From: Patescibacteria group bacterium
Lineage (GTDB): Bacteria > Patescibacteriota > Minisyncoccia > Minisyncoccales > JAHIOY01
NCBI GenBank assembly: GCA_018894495.1
Contig: JAHIOY010000066.1
Coordinates: forward strand, 1-25,009
Direction of reading: 5' to 3'
DNA: 25,009 bases
Position numbers and translations under genes: made by a program. Below are positions 1-6,880 of this stretch, piece after piece (the first letter of the stretch is position 1; the number at the start of each line of letters is the position of its first letter). The notes beneath the pieces were generated by a model, which had not been told where the DNA came from, made no database searches, and worked only from the letters and a program-made list of their open reading frames with translations.

Positions 1-38
1 GGCATCTAAGCATGCGCCTCAAGGCACCTGCTGACGAC

Positions 39-846
39 CATATGCTTCTCTTGTTACCAAAAGTATGGACTATACCATTTCCCCGCCTAATTTTTGTTTT
101 ACAAAATTTTGGCGGGGGCCAGCGTATAATGATGGGTTACATCATTAAACTCTCTTTATCTCTCGTGAGAGTTAAGTCTCTACGGGGTGCGAATACTAAT
201 TTTTGTAATTTCACTGAATAAGGTAAAATATTGTCTAAAAATTTTTCCGCCTCGTAGCGGGAAACATATAGACAAAATGTATTTGCGCTTTTATAGTAGT
301 AAACTTTCACATTGCTAATTCCAATTTTTTTGAGAATCTCTTTATCCATTTCTGTTTCATTTTTATTCCCGTAAACAATCCTGCAATCACTGCGTAAATT
401 TTTATCAATTGAACCATCGCCATCGAATCTGCCAGCGAAATACGCTTTAATTATGTTTTCTTTCTTTAAACTTTCTAAATTATCTTTGGCTTTTCTGAAT
501 TCTCTTAATAATGGTCGGCTATTCACAAACAAGTGATTTCTGTTAAATTTTATTCTACTTTTTGGAAAATGTGTTCCCAAAAATTTTCTAAATCTCTCAA
601 TTAAATCGGGGTCAGTATTGCTTAATCCAATCGAACTCGACCACCAATAACTATCAGCGCACCAAAGGCCAAGAATATAAGCATCTTCCTTTTTTGAAAA
701 GAAATTACAAAAATTAGTACTCGCACTTCCCACGGTATTACCCATTCTCCCATTATATCATGAAAGAACTCGGGTTTCACCGTTATGAGCTGGTTTTTCA
801 ATCCGCCTTACAGCGGAAAGGGTCGTATGCTTTTATAAAAAGCACC
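39..846 (-). mobile_element. Group I intron in 16S rRNA after approx. U1060 (808 nt)
   Basis: Removing it restores GCATGGTT|GTCGTCAGC. The 5' exon ends in U and the intron ends in G. The IGS ACGACC (821-826) pairs with the 5' exon (U-G at the splice site) and with the 3' exon. Core motifs present: ACGGTGAAACCC, AATACCGTGGGAAG, GTAGAGACT, GGTATAGTCC (67-76). Confidence 0.92.
137..745 (-). CDS. Intron-encoded LAGLIDADG homing endonuclease (two motifs)
   Basis: Motifs AYILGLWCADS and AYFAGRFDGDGS; lies inside the S1060 intron. The start codon is uncertain because it overlaps the ribozyme core. Confidence 0.88.
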   Translation of the reverse strand: MGNTVGSASTNFCNFFSKKEDAYILGLWCADSYWWSSSIGLSNTDPDLIERFRKFLGTHFPKSRIKFNRNHLFVNSRPLLREFRKAKDNLESLKKENIIKAYFAGRFDGDGSIDKNLRSDCRIVYGNKNETEMDKEILKKIGISNVKVYYYKSANTFCLYVSRYEAEKFLDNILPYSVKLQKLVFAPRRDLTLTRDKESLMM

Positions 847-988
847 AACCATGCAGCACCTGTCCGTTTGTCCTTGTGGGTGGCTCCGACTTTCATCAGA
901 GTTTCAAACGGATTTCTAGCCCTGGTAAGGTTCCTCGCTTATTGTCGAATTGAGCCACATGGTCCACCGCTTGTGTGAGTCCCCGTCT

Positions 989-1020
<32 letters not shown>

Positions 1021-1121
1021 TCCCAGGCGGGACACTTAACGCGTATGCTTCGCCACTTGAAGGGTCGACACTTCAAATAGCCAGTGTCCATAGTTTAGGG
1101 CGTGGAATACAAGGGTATCTA

Positions 1122-2018
1122 CATTATTGTTACTATTGCTTTTTAGCAATGGTTAGGACATTTCTGCCTAACTCTCCACATTACTGTGGAGATCGGACTA
1201 TATCATCACCGAGCACCTAAAATTTTACATGCTCGGGCTCGGCGTATAGTCTCTACAGGGCTATAGGAAATTTATATTTAAAACTCGGTAAAAGATATTT
1301 TTTCACAATTCGGTATAATTCTTTGATTTCTCTTTTCGGAAAATATAGTATCCACTTCCCCTTATTCCTTCTTAACGATGTTTCTAATTTAAAGTTCTTT
1401 CTGATAGTCTGACCTAATCGTCTTACCTCATTCTTTTTAAAAGAATGAGTTTGGATTGTCATTCCAAATGTATCGCTTGCGCCATCATCCATCAGAAACA
1501 CTGTTAAAGATAAAGGATGATAAAATATCTGGTCAATTTCACGGGGAATAATTTTTCGGGAATCTTTGTAAAATATTTTTCTGTATTTATTGAACACGAC
1601 ATGAGTAAGAGTTACAAACTGAATAAATTTATACTCTTTCTCTTTTACTTTCTGCGTAAAATAATTTAGTGGCATTAATACGATATTTTTAAAAACATCA
1701 TATTTCCACTTAATTAATTTTCGCTGATTCTCTGCGTGTTTAATAAATAATCGATAATTTCTTCCTCGTTTAGCCAAACTTCCATCGCCAAGCAAAGTGC
1801 CAATTAATACTAATTTTTGCCTTTCTGACAATTTGAATCTTGATTTTTTCAATATACCTTTTACGTTCATTAAAGTTTCCTAAGCTTCCCTCGGTATTGT
1901 CCTCTACTACCATAAGTAAAGGGGTTTCACCGATATAGCCAAGTTTTCTCATTTCTTTATTAGAAATGAGGGACTAATACTTTTACTTTATTATACCACA
2001 ATGGGTATCTAAAAGTTA
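1122..2018 (-). mobile_element. Group I intron in 16S rRNA after approx. U788 (897 nt)
   Basis: Removing it restores GGAT|TAGATACCC; terminal G. The IGS TTAGTCC (1971-1977) pairs with GGAU|UAA with a U-G wobble. Core motifs: ATCGGTGAAACCCC, AATACCGAGGGAAG, GTAGAGACTATAC (near 1243-1256), GATATAGTCC (near 1195-1204). Confidence 0.93.
1253..1870 (-). CDS. Intron-encoded LAGLIDADG homing endonuclease (LAGLIDADG_2-like)
   Basis: Motifs LIGTLLGDGSL and LTVFLMDDGA; stop codon lies in the intron R element. Confidence 0.92.
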   Translation of the reverse strand: MNVKGILKKSRFKLSERQKLVLIGTLLGDGSLAKRGRNYRLFIKHAENQRKLIKWKYDVFKNIVLMPLNYFTQKVKEKEYKFIQFVTLTHVVFNKYRKIFYKDSRKIIPREIDQIFYHPLSLTVFLMDDGASDTFGMTIQTHSFKKNEVRRLGQTIRKNFKLETSLRRNKGKWILYFPKREIKELYRIVKKYLLPSFKYKFPIAL

Positions 2019-2432
2019 ATCCTTTTTTATGCCCACGCTTTCGTCCCTCAGCGTCAGGGCCATCCCAGCTGATTGCCTTCGCTTTTGGTGTTCCGGCAGA
2101 TATCAACGGATTTCACCCCTACACCTGCCGTTCCATCAGCCCCTGAGACCCTCTAGTCTGGCAGTTTTTGACGCAGCCCTCAGGTTAAGCCCGAGGTATT
2201 TAACGCCAAATTTACCAGACCGCCTACGGACCCTTTACGCCCAATAAATCCGGATAACGCTTGGGGGTTCTGTATTACCGCTCCTGCTGGCACAGAATTA
2301 GGCCCCCCTTATTCCTCGCTTACTGTCAATCTTGCGATTTCATCAGCGAGAAAAGCCGTTTACGCTCCGAAGAACTTCTTCCGGCACGCGGCGTCGCTCG
2401 ATCAGGCTTTCGCCCATTGTCGAATATTCTCG

Positions 2433-2465
<33 letters not shown>

Positions 2466-2630
2466 GCAGTTCCATTGTTGGGGAACAAGCTCTCACTTCC
2501 CCTACCCGTCATCGCCTTGGTAGGCCATTACCCCACCAACTAGCTGATAGGCCGCAGACCATTCGCCGAGCGGCTTCTTGCGAAACCTTTACTGGTAACC
2601 GATTACTTACCGCAAAAACCGCTCGGCTCA

Positions 2631-2732
2631 AATTAAAAGTTAAAAATTAAAAGTGAAAAGTTGACGACGAAATTTCGTATAACTTTAAACTTTTAACCGT
2701 AACTTTTAACTTTGAACTTTGCACTTTTAACT
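2631..2732. repeat. Heptamer-periodic AT-rich hairpin (AAAGTTA/AAAGTGC type, 'family B') inserted in 16S V2
   Basis: Arms aattaaaagttaaaaattaaaagtgaaaagtt and aacttttaactttgaactttgcacttttaact lie between otherwise collinear 16S sequence. Confidence 0.85.
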
Positions 2733-2874
2733 CTTGCGAGAAATAATCGATCACCAGGCTATTGGGTATTAGCTCCGCTTTCGCGGAGTTATTCCCATCT
2801 CGGTGGTATGTATCTACGTGTTACTAACCCGTTCGCCGCTATCGCTCGCGCCTCGCTATGCTCGGCACTCGCTC

Positions 2875-2988
2875 AAGTTAAAAGTTAAAAATGTAAAGTT
2901 AAAAGTTGAATTCAAAGTTCAAAATTTTAATATAATAACTTTTGACTTTAAACTGTAACTTTTAATTTTTAACTTTGAACTTTTAACT
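2875..2988. repeat. Family B heptamer hairpin inserted in 16S V1 (helix 6), on a GC-rich REP-like base stem
   Basis: Arms aagttaaaagttaaaaatgtaaagttaaaagtt and aacttttaatttttaactttgaacttttaact. The flanking stem GTGCCTCACTGCGTTCGGCGC / GTGCCGAGCATAGCGAGGCGC extends helix 6 to about 190 nt. Confidence 0.85.
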
Positions 2989-3095
2989 GGAGTTCGCGCC
3001 GAACGCAGTGAGGCACGAACGACCGCACGACTTGCATGCCTTATCCACGCCGCCAGCGTTCATCCTGGACCAGGATCAAATCCTCAAAAATAATG

Positions 3096-3128
3096 TTCGT
3101 TAAAAATCAATTCGTGATTTTTAAACTA
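3096..3128. repeat. REP-like hairpin TTCGTTAAAAATCA-N5-TGATTTTTAAACTA in rRNA leader
   Basis: Same arms and flanks as the copies at 9319 and 10021. Confidence 0.75.
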
Positions 3129-3158
3129 GTCGGGACAACTCTAAAGAACCGTACTTTA

Positions 3159-3175
3159 TTCAGTTTTCAAAGTAC
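3159..3175 (-). promoter_or_regulatory. boxA-like rrn leader motif GTACTTTGAAAACTGAA
   Basis: Resembles the rrn antitermination boxA/leader motif; lies between promoter and 16S. Confidence 0.4.
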
Positions 3176-3263
3176 TTCCCTTTCGCTCTTCGCCTCTGCT
3201 TTATTTGCAGCAGCCGCAACAGCCGCCTTTCTTTTCGTCTTTCATATTGTCTCTTCAATTACA

Positions 3264-3291
3264 ACCTTACTCTTTAATAAATTCCTGTCAA
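3264..3291 (-). promoter_or_regulatory. Putative sigma70 rRNA promoter
   Basis: TTGACA (3286-3291), 16-nt spacer, TAAGGT (3264-3269), upstream of 16S. Confidence 0.6.
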
Positions 3292-3306
3292 GCCCCGCAG
3301 TAGATT

Positions 3307-3600
3307 TTATTTTGTCTCGGCGGGCTTCTTTTTCGGTTTTTTGTGTTTCGGGATTTTTTTGCCCGCGATAATTTTCTCCGAAATCAATAAATTATAAATG
3401 GTGGCCGAGGGTTTGGCTCCGACGGACAACCAGTATTTAACTCTGTCTGCTTTTAGAATTTTTTCTTTTGTTAGAGGATTCCAAAAACCAACCTCTTCCA
3501 CAAAAATCCCGGCTCTCGGCGGATTTTTTTTGTCAGTAACAACTATTTTAAAATTGGGTTGATTCTTTTTGCCGACGCGAAATAATCTTATAACTAGCAT
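3307..3600 (-). CDS. rpsP: 30S ribosomal protein S16
   Basis: MLVIRLFRVGKKNQPNFKIVV...EEVGFWNP...YWLSVGAKPS. Confidence 0.97.
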   Translation of the reverse strand: MLVIRLFRVGKKNQPNFKIVVTDKKNPPRAGIFVEEVGFWNPLTKEKILKADRVKYWLSVGAKPSATIYNLLISEKIIAGKKIPKHKKPKKKPAETK

Positions 3601-3606
3601 AATATT

Positions 3607-3634
3607 AATTTTTAATTTTTAATTTTTAATTTTT
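3607..3634. repeat. (AATTTTT)x4 heptamer tandem repeat filling rnc-rpsP gap
   Basis: Four perfect 7-nt units. Confidence 0.85.
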
Positions 3635-3639
3635 AAAAT

Positions 3640-4329
3640 CTACCAACCTTTTTGTTCAAGCGCATTTTTGGCTGCTTTTTCTTCTGCCTCTTGTTTTGAA
3701 GAGCCATCGCCCTTGGCTATCAGTTCTTCGTCAAGAAAGACACCGATAATAAAATGTTTGGCATGGTCGGGTCCCCATTCTTCTAATGCCTTATAGCCGG
3801 GGGTAATCCCAACCCTTTCCTGAGATTCTTCCTGGAAACGCGATTTGTTGTCTCTAAAAAGCCCTTTTTCAATAATTTCCGGCAGTTCAATGATTAAATT
3901 TTTATCAACAAATTCTTTGGCAGCTCCATAACCTTGGTCAAGATAAGTCGCACCAATTAACGCTTCCAAAGTATTGGCTAAAATGTATTGCCTGGCTTTG
4001 CCGAGCTCTTTTTGTTCGCCTTTGGATAATAATAAAAAATCATTCAAACCGAGGTCTTTGGCAATTTGGGAAAGGGTTTTGGCGTTAACCAAAGAGGCTC
4101 TCCAGCTTGTCAACTCGCCCTCTGACTTTTTGGGGTAATTCCGGTAAATGTATTCGGTAACCGCTAACTCCAAGACCGCATCTCCTAAAAATTCAAGCCG
4201 CTCGTTGTGCGCCAAATAAAAATTCGGATTTTCGTTTAAATAAGAGCGATGAACAAATGCCTGCGTCAATAAGTCCTTATTGTTAAATTTTAAACCAAAT
4301 TTCTTTTCAAGTAAAGAAAAATCTTTCAT
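3640..4329 (-). CDS. rnc: Ribonuclease III
   Basis: [13 protein letters not shown] signature; C-terminal dsRBD (GPDHAKHF...[12 protein letters not shown]). Confidence 0.98.
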   Translation of the reverse strand: MKDFSLLEKKFGLKFNNKDLLTQAFVHRSYLNENPNFYLAHNERLEFLGDAVLELAVTEYIYRNYPKKSEGELTSWRASLVNAKTLSQIAKDLGLNDFLLLSKGEQKELGKARQYILANTLEALIGATYLDQGYGAAKEFVDKNLIIELPEIIEKGLFRDNKSRFQEESQERVGITPGYKALEEWGPDHAKHFIIGVFLDEELIAKGDGSSKQEAEEKAAKNALEQKGW

Positions 4330-4736
4330 AGTTGTTTATAGACCGTCCCCAAGACGCCATTGATAAATTTCCCGGACCTGTCTCCGCCAAACGCCTTTGC
4401 CAATTCAATGGCTTCGTTTATCGCCACTTTTGACGGAACGGCTTTTTTATCTCCATATAGAACCTCATATAATCCGAGTCGCAAAATATTCCTGTCAACT
4501 ATGCTTATCTGTTCAATCGGCCATTCCGAAGCCGTTTTTTCAATAAGATTATCAATTTCTTTTAAATGTGAAAGGACGCCGTTCACTAATTGTAAAGCAA
4601 ATTCATCGCTCAGTCCCGGTCCAAATTCTTTAATGTTTCTTTCTAAGATTTTTTTTAGGTCTGCCTTCTTTTCGTAAAAATCCCATTCATATAAACTTTG
4701 GATAGCGATGGCGCGCGATAAATACCGGCTTGACAT
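4326..4736 (-). CDS. nusB: Transcription antitermination factor NusB
   Basis: [13 protein letters not shown]...VDRNILRLG...[14 protein letters not shown]...FINGVLG. Confidence 0.97.
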   Translation of the reverse strand: MSSRYLSRAIAIQSLYEWDFYEKKADLKKILERNIKEFGPGLSDEFALQLVNGVLSHLKEIDNLIEKTASEWPIEQISIVDRNILRLGLYEVLYGDKKAVPSKVAINEAIELAKAFGGDRSGKFINGVLGTVYKQL

Positions 4737-4745
4737 AAATTTCTA

Positions 4746-4876
4746 AAATCCGAAATTCGAATATCGAAATTCGAAACAAATCCAAATAATTAAAATTTAA
4801 AATTCTAAACCGGTTTAATTTTTTGAATTTAGAATTTAGATATTGTTTCGGATTTCGTGCTTCGTGCTTCGAATTT
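4746..4876. repeat. Heptamer hairpin (AAATTCG/AAGCACG type, 'family A') filling rpmF-nusB gap
   Basis: Imperfect ~60-bp stem; shares 20 identical nt (4852-4871 = 9018-9037) with the insertion in rnhB. Confidence 0.88.
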
Positions 4877-5156
4877 ATCTCTTGGAAAGTTCTTCCATAT
4901 TTAAGGGTTTTTCTTTTTTTATTCCTTTGCTTTCTTTCAGTTCCTTCTCTTTTCTCTTTTTTTCTTTTTTTGTCAATTTTTTAAAAACATCAATTACCTC
5001 CACTCCCTTGTAATAACCACAAAGAGGACAAACCCGATGGGGTAAAATTAATTTCGCGCATTTTTGGCATTTAACTAAAAAAGGGGTCTTCAAAAAAATA
5101 TGCATCCGCCTTTTATTCCTTCTTGATTTTGTATGTCTTTGAGTTTGAACAGCCAT
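4875..5156 (-). CDS. rpmF: 50S ribosomal protein L32 (zinc-ribbon type, Lys-rich C-terminal tail)
   Basis: MAVQTQRHTKSRRNKRR...CQKC...PHRVCPLCGYY. Confidence 0.96.
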   Translation of the reverse strand: MAVQTQRHTKSRRNKRRMHIFLKTPFLVKCQKCAKLILPHRVCPLCGYYKGVEVIDVFKKLTKKEKKRKEKELKESKGIKKEKPLNMEELSKR

Positions 5157-5165
5157 ATATACTAC

Positions 5166-5194
5166 ACTATAGCAGAAGTTATTTATTCATTCAA
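5166..5194 (-). promoter_or_regulatory. Putative promoter of rpmF-nusB-rnc-rpsP
   Basis: TTGAAT - 17 nt - TATAGT with extended TG; -10 ends 9 nt before the ATG. Confidence 0.55.
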
Positions 5195-5203
5195 GTTCTA
5201 AAA

Positions 5204-5231
5204 CCCCAATGGCCAAACCCCAATGCCCAAA
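5204..5231. repeat. Heptamer half-arm CCCCAAT-GGCCAAA-CCCCAAT-GCCCAAA
   Basis: Four 7-nt units at the downstream edge of the accessory island. Confidence 0.6.
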
Positions 5232-5254
5232 CTTCATAAGTTTAAAGTTCATTG

Positions 5255-5278
5255 TCTCGAAAACGAAAGTTTTCGAGA
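5255..5278. repeat. Perfect 10-bp hairpin TCTCGAAAAC-GAAA-GTTTTCGAGA (possible terminator or REP)
   Basis: Perfect inverted repeat downstream of DUF2283; no clear U-tract. Confidence 0.6.
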
Positions 5279-5310
5279 AACTTGACCAAGAATATCCTAT
5301 TTCCTTTTAG

Positions 5311-5544
5311 CTATTTGCCCGTAACAGAAATTGGTTGTAAATTCACTAATTCAAGATGTAGCTTTTTATATTTCCGTTTGCGAAGATATCTTTTGGCGTC
5401 AAGAATCTCTATCCCAACCACTGAACCATCAGGAGCATAGTTTATTGCTATGTCTTCGCTAATTCGCTGAGTGATCACTTGAAAATCGCCGTCTTTTAAA
5501 CGGATATAAGCAGCATCAACTTTTGGATCGTAAATTATTTTCAT
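5311..5544 (-). CDS. DUF2283 domain protein (putative antitoxin)
   Basis: MKIIYDPKVDAAYIRL...GSVVGIEILDA. Confidence 0.88.
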   Translation of the reverse strand: MKIIYDPKVDAAYIRLKDGDFQVITQRISEDIAINYAPDGSVVGIEILDAKRYLRKRKYKKLHLELVNLQPISVTGK

Positions 5545-5551
5545 AATTTTG

Positions 5552-5806
5552 TTAGAAATAAAATGTATAAACTGTAATCACGATGATTTTATTTTGTTCT
5601 TCTTTAATTATTGGCATTATTTGTTTAATTCGATAGAATTTCTTACTCCATCTTTTGTTGAATTAAAAATTTTTACGATAAGTATGGCGATTTTCTTTAA
5701 CTGGTAGTTTTTCACTTGTTCTAATAGTGTCTATGACTTCATCTCTTGTGGCTCCTCGTTCTTGCATTTGAAGTAAAGCATGATTTGAGAAAACAACCAG
5801 TTTCAT
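5552..5806 (-). pseudogene. DUF4258-like (RelE-like) toxin interrupted by in-frame TAA at 5663-5665
   Basis: Manual translation: MKLVVFSNHALLQMQERGATRDEVIDTIRT...YRKNF*FNKRWSKKFYRIKQIMPIIKEEQNKIIVITVYTFYF*; directly upstream of DUF2283. Confidence 0.8.
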
Positions 5807-5889
5807 TTAAATAGTCTATCAATTCAAAAACCAAAAGTCAAATTAAATAGCCGGATTATCAGTTTATTCTTGAATTCTTCGTTATTCAT
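5803..5889 (-). pseudogene. Possible N-terminal remnant of a four-helix-bundle (IVS-type) protein
   Basis: MNNEEFKNKLIIRLFNLTFGF*IDRLFK*; directly preceded by a heptamer arm. Family assignment is from remembered similarity only. Confidence 0.45.
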
Positions 5890-5890
5890 A

Positions 5891-5927
5891 AACTTTTAAC
5901 TTTGAACTTTGCACTTTTAACTTTGCA
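5891..5927. repeat. Family B single arm
   Basis: 5891-5922 is identical to 2701-2732 in the 16S V2 hairpin. Confidence 0.88.
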
Positions 5928-5955
5928 GGAGTCGGGTCTCTGTCGGTTTTTTGAC

Positions 5956-6186
5956 TTAATCTCGTGGGAATTTAATAAATTCTTCAATAGTTATATTTAT
6001 GTCATCTATAATTCCTTTTAAGGTTTTCCTGCCTATATCTTTTCCTGAATGAATGGGAACGGTTACTCTGCGACCATCAGAATGCTTAAATTGAGCATGG
6101 CTACCAACTTGATGATGTTTATAAAAACCGAGTTTAATTAAAACTTGAATTAGTTCTTTTGATCTCAGGACGGGTAGTTTCGGCAT
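5956..6186 (-). CDS. hicA: HicA family mRNA interferase toxin
   Basis: LGFYKHHQVGSHAQFKH...VTVPIH...IGRKTLKGI. Confidence 0.93.
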   Translation of the reverse strand: MPKLPVLRSKELIQVLIKLGFYKHHQVGSHAQFKHSDGRRVTVPIHSGKDIGRKTLKGIIDDINITIEEFIKFPRD

Positions 6187-6195
6187 TAAATTTAA

Positions 6196-6453
6196 TTAAG
6201 AAACAGGATTTAATTCTTTTTGAGAGAATGACTGGATAAATTCAAAAGCATCCTCTTCTCTGGGAATAGATTGTTTATCTTTTAACAATCCCTGGATATG
6301 ACATTTAATTGCCTCTCTAATATTTTTTTTTACTTCTTCAATGGTCTCGCCGCAAGTATGCAATCCCCTTAGAATAGGAACGAAACCATAATATCCTTTC
6401 GGCTCATCAGGTTCAATAATAACTCTAAATGTATAGGTATTAGAATATTTCAT
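6196..6453 (-). CDS. hicB: HicB family antitoxin (short form)
   Basis: YTFRVIIEPDE...VPILRGLHTCGETIEEVKKNIREAI. ATG at 6453 is preferred over the upstream TTG. Confidence 0.9.
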   Translation of the reverse strand: MKYSNTYTFRVIIEPDEPKGYYGFVPILRGLHTCGETIEEVKKNIREAIKCHIQGLLKDKQSIPREEDAFEFIQSFSQKELNPVS

Positions 6454-6460
6454 ATATTTA

Positions 6461-6489
6461 ATGTTAACAAATTGTGAAGATAAAATCAA
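6461..6489 (-). promoter_or_regulatory. Putative hicBA promoter
   Basis: TTGATT - 17 nt - TAACAT with extended TG; -10 is 7 nt before the ATG. Confidence 0.5.
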
Positions 6490-6704
6490 ATTTCAAAACA
6501 GAGTTGGAAAAAATAGAGTTGACCCCATTTTCTTTTCTGTTTTAAACAAGGGAAAATAGAGTTGACCCCGTTTTTTTTCGTTTTTAAAAGTTTTACAAAA
6601 TAAACGAAATCTTCCTTCTCCCGAAAAACTGTTTGTCGATTGTTTCCTCTATTAAGAACATGAAAAGGTAGGTTTGGAAGAGTAATTCGTAAGGGTCTTG
6701 GCAT
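6486..6704 (-). pseudogene. Truncated REP-associated tyrosine transposase (RAYT/Y1) N-terminus
   Basis: MPRPLRITLPNLPFHVLNRGNNRQTVFREKEDFVYFVKLL matches RAYT N-termini. Similarity stops after about 42 aa, before the HUH motif. Confidence 0.8.
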
Positions 6705-6780
6705 ATGGATCTATCATAACGCAAATTGTTAAATTAAATAGAGTTGACACCTATTTCTCACCTTCACCTATTTCTCACCT
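6510..6780. repeat. Three copies of AAATAGAGTTGAC(C/A)CC (6510-6526, 6553-6569, 6736-6751) plus tandem CACCTATTTCTCACCT x2 (6748-6780)
   Basis: Direct repeats bracketing the RAYT fragment. Confidence 0.8.
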
Positions 6781-6880
6781 TTTTTTAACTAATAGTGGTA
6801 TTCCCTTAACTCCACCACCCATCGGAGCCTCGCGTGAAGTGCTCGTCGAGACGGTGGCACACTGTGCATACCCCTATTAG

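Noticed and set aside
1-38. Possible third intron because GCTTAGATGCC deviates from the usual GGTTAAGTCCC
   Set aside because: The sequence stays collinear with helix 35 and keeps compensatory pairs; too little sequence to say more.
5663-5825. Stop-codon reassignment to explain the internal TAA/TGA
   Set aside because: TAA and TGA terminate bona fide genes here (e.g. miaB ends TGA), and long genes contain no in-frame stops.
6811-6875. GC-rich segment after the adhesin stop as tRNA or riboswitch
   Set aside because: Only weak stems (CCACC/GGTGG); no T-loop, anticodon arm or recognisable riboswitch motif.
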